DNA from: Halocafeteria seosinensis
Lineage: Eukaryota
Length of the DNA stretch: 51,557 nt
Reading direction: 5' to 3'
NCBI GenBank assembly: GCA_001687465.1
Contig: LVLI01000550.1
Span: 1 to 51,557 of the forward strand
Position 1 is the first letter of the stretch, and each line of letters starts with the position of its first letter. A model generated the notes under the pieces. That model made no database searches, had not been told where the DNA came from, and was given only the letters and a program-made list of their open reading frames with translations. Of this stretch, positions 48,789 to 51,557 are shown piece after piece. The position numbers were made by a program, and so were the translations under genes.

Positions 48789-50363
48789 TTAGTACGAGCG
48801 GTGTTTGCGCTGCTCAATCCAGGATATTGTGTGTTGCAGTACATCCGCAGCGATAGCTTCACGCTCGCGAAGCAAATCATGATGAGCCCCATCGTACTCT
48901 ATCAAATACTTGTCTTTGGAATTGCTGAGAGCTATTAGCCGACGAGAACCTAAGATGTGACACACGCGATCTGCTGTCCCATGCTGTATAAGCAAAGGAA
49001 ACTTGTATCTTCCAAGACACCCCTCAATGTGTGTAACAGCTTCTCTAATAGCTAAACCCTGAATGCCAGCAACGCACGAATACATATGAGCGACGATGTA
49101 TGTCGCAATTACAACGGCACTCTGGTAACTTACTGTTCCAATACGAAGCTTCCCACTATAAACAAGTGGGTCTTCTATTTCCTCTGCTAATCGTTCCTCT
49201 GATACAGATTCATGATAGCTCTTACCTCCAGAACCTTCAACGAAAGGAGCTCGAGAGAGTGGCGTTAAGTTCAATGCCTTACCCAAGGCTTCCACAAACC
49301 AATTTGGTGTGCTCTGTTCAGAAACGCTTATCAAGGGACTGTGCACAATTACCCCGCTAACCAAAGGTAAATCTGGTTCCGTTTCCTCATCCAGACCCTC
49401 GCAGTCCCTGCTACTTCCGTCGCTGAATTCCCCGTCGGAGGACGTTGAGGCGTTAGTCGATACTGAAGGGTCATCTTGAACCAAGGTTGACTTTGGATTT
49501 CCCGTTAATTCCACCATACTGGGTTTATGATAAATGGTCTGAAGAAACTGAGGGAGCTTCTCTTGGTTCTCTTTGTCATTAGCTTCTTCGCCTTCCGCAG
49601 GAATGAGATTAGTGTGGCCTACATCATCATCCTTGGTGGATGCTGATTCATATCGACTGATCGTAGCAAATTTTTTATAGTGATGTTCAATCTCTTCATC
49701 CGAAAGTTTATCTTTAGTGTCCTCAGTGTTTTGAGTTTCGTTACGATATGCGTCCTGAGTGCATAAGCGTGCAGCTTCTAGAGAAAGGTAACCTCCCAGT
49801 GAGTGGCCGAGATATATTATCGGAACGCCAGGATGCCGAGAACGACAGTATTTTGTGAATAAAACAAGATCCTCAACGCACTCCTGTACATCTTTGAAAT
49901 ATCCGTGCATTCCTTCGCTTCTACCGTGGCCTGTATAAGCAATCCGCCGCTTAACAACAACAAAAAGAAGCAAATTATACTAACCAGTCTTACCTCGGTG
50001 ATCTAAACCATATACTCCCATTGCATTGTTCGTCATCTCTCTAGCCCAGGGAGCGAACCTTCCCGCATGTTCGTGAAGGCCGTGGACGAATATGACGATA
50101 GCCTCCACTGATGCACTCTGAGACCCTCCAGTGGCAGCCCCTTTCCTGTAATGTTCTACGGCGATGTTTTCGCTGACTGGCCTTTCGCGTGGAAACCAAG
50201 CATGGTAGTGCAATGACGAACCGTCCTTCGTTCTGAAATGACCACGATGGTGTTTTACACCTGTGGCTCCCTTCAATTCTACAGGATTAAGTGGCTCTTT
50301 GTGCCTATCGTCAAGTTGAAGGCTTCCCAACGGAGGGAAGACTTTCGTCAAGAGAGTTTCCAT
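48789..50363 (-). CDS. Alpha/beta-hydrolase, monoacylglycerol lipase/lysophospholipase (Hydrolase_4) family; may extend further 5'
   Basis: VIFVHGLHEHAGRF, GLDHR|GHGRSEG, nucleophile LGHSLGG, LLIQHGTADRVC (Asp) and YDGAHHDLLRE (His). The frame stays open upstream of METLL to a possible acceptor near 50617. Confidence 0.9.
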
Positions 50364-50913
50364 TGTCCTCCGACGACTTCCACTCTTCCGTAAAGAAGTA
50401 TGCCCCTGTTTCTTGAAACGACGCTTTCGATAAAGTCTACTTCTATTGAATAGAACCGATACATGCGGTGTGGAGGGCGTCCAGGAGGGTCTTAGACTTC
50501 GTCGCTCCCTCCCTTTGCTACTGTGTCTCTGCTTCCACGCTCTTAATCGACTATCCACTTCCGAAAGGTACGTTTTCTCTTTGGATTCCCGCGATGAGGC
50601 TTTCTCAGCTATTTTGTCTGTAAGGATGAATACTTGTCAGAAAAACAAAAAAGCAAGGGTTATTCCGTCTCGTAATCAACTCGTCAACAGCATTTGCGTT
50701 TCCCCTGGCATATCTCCATACTGGTGATACTGACAAGAATCACTGACATTTTCTACAACACCTCTTTCCACTCTTGGCAACCCCCTCGCACCTCTGTAGT
50801 GTCTACACCGCACGTGACAGTTGAATGACGTGGTTTCAGAACCGTCGAACAAAGGTTTGGCTGTTTCCCGCACCCCAACCTCGAAGCGAAGGAATCTCGA
50901 CCTCTTCGAGATC

Positions 50914-50945
50914 GAGAGAGAGAGAGAGAGAAGGAGAGGGAGAGA
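50914..50945. repeat. (GA)n-rich microsatellite
   Basis: gagagagagagagagagaaggagagggagaga seen directly. Confidence 0.85.
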
Positions 50946-51557
50946 CAACTTCCCCTCTGAATGAAGTAGAGGGATTTTGCAACACCACGTGCGTAAGACA
51001 GTATTATCTTGCGGCGAGAATACCCAGTTGTCTAACCCTTTTGAGACACAACCGCATAAGTATTCGATGATTCATTGCCATTTCCGGATACAAGGAGAAA
51101 ATATAGTCAATTGATGAACACTTACTGCGAAACCCATTCAGTCTTCGACGCTGCACCGTTTGATGCCATTCTCTTGATGGTGAATTCCAACCATCACCTT
51201 TTCCAGAACTCGAGGAAAATGAGACACTTCCACATTGGATTCGGGCAGGCTGTGCTCGTGAGACGAGTAGACAAGGGTTGGTGGCATGAATAATGCTTGT
51301 GATTCGGCGAACGACATTGAAGAGCCGCGGGTCCATCCCCTTATCAAAGATCGAGAAGTCCGACTGTCCAAGTGAAAGTTAGCCGGTGATAGAGGATCCA
51401 ATCGCAGAACTCGAGTTATCTTGAGATCTACTGCAACAGTCTATGTCTAGGGCTTGTAAGGTACGAGTATACGCAGAGCTTCTGTTGACGCCTCAGCAAG
51501 GAGGATAGCTAAACCACTCTTCACTCTTAGATCATTTGATTGTGAAATCTTGGGGGG

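Noticed and set aside
16442..49133. At least six stop-free introns with lengths divisible by 3 (16442-16510, 33526-33606, 34254-34340, 46849-46920, 47786-47845, 49059-49133) that the ORF track reads through
   Set aside because: With roughly 50 short introns in the window, about this many are expected by chance, so there is no evidence of relaxed NMD selection. They are noted because they insert false peptides into the ORF translations.
11750..50363. Apparent enrichment of lipid-related genes (PX kinase, EXPERA, PH proteins, DDHD, MAG lipase) as a metabolic cluster
   Set aside because: They are interspersed with unrelated genes in mixed orientation and form no coherent pathway.
50676..51401. 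Short minus-strand ORFs with one good donor (GTAAGT near 51125)
   Set aside because: They may be upstream exons of the lipase or a separate gene, but no consistent spliced frame could be built. No 28S rRNA 3' end was recognisable here either.
1..51557. Mobile elements, viral insertions, CRISPR arrays, tRNAs and alternative genetic code
   Set aside because: I saw no transposase, RT, integrase or capsid motifs, terminal repeats, spaced repeat arrays or tRNA cloverleafs. Conserved genes translate with the standard code and use TAA, TAG and TGA as stops.

Overview
Gene-dense eukaryotic genomic DNA with short GT-AG introns (mostly ~55-95 nt) and very short intergenic gaps. The 18S sequence (TAGTCATACGCTTGTCTC variant) and gene content suggest a stramenopile/SAR protist, which is an inference. 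The window starts inside the 5' end of an 18S rRNA gene (minus strand). About 16 spliced protein genes follow: MSH5, a small Arg-rich protein not recovered as a whole gene in the ORF track, a large coiled-coil protein, a PX-domain AGC kinase, an EXPERA membrane protein, a receiver-like/TPR/2x cNMP-binding protein, two tandem armadillo-repeat+PH genes, a DysF+DDHD phospholipase A1, three unknown proteins, a histidine phosphatase, a DBP5-like helicase and a monoacylglycerol-lipase-like hydrolase. The most notable feature is the ARM+PH pair. One is a ~2450-aa protein whose size, architecture and N-terminus resemble the apicomplexan glideosome-associated connector (GAC), with an added WW domain. 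The other is an adjacent ~990-aa internally deleted paralogue, and a co-oriented DDHD (PA-PLA1-family) lipase lies immediately upstream of it. All gene models were spliced by hand and no database searches were run.
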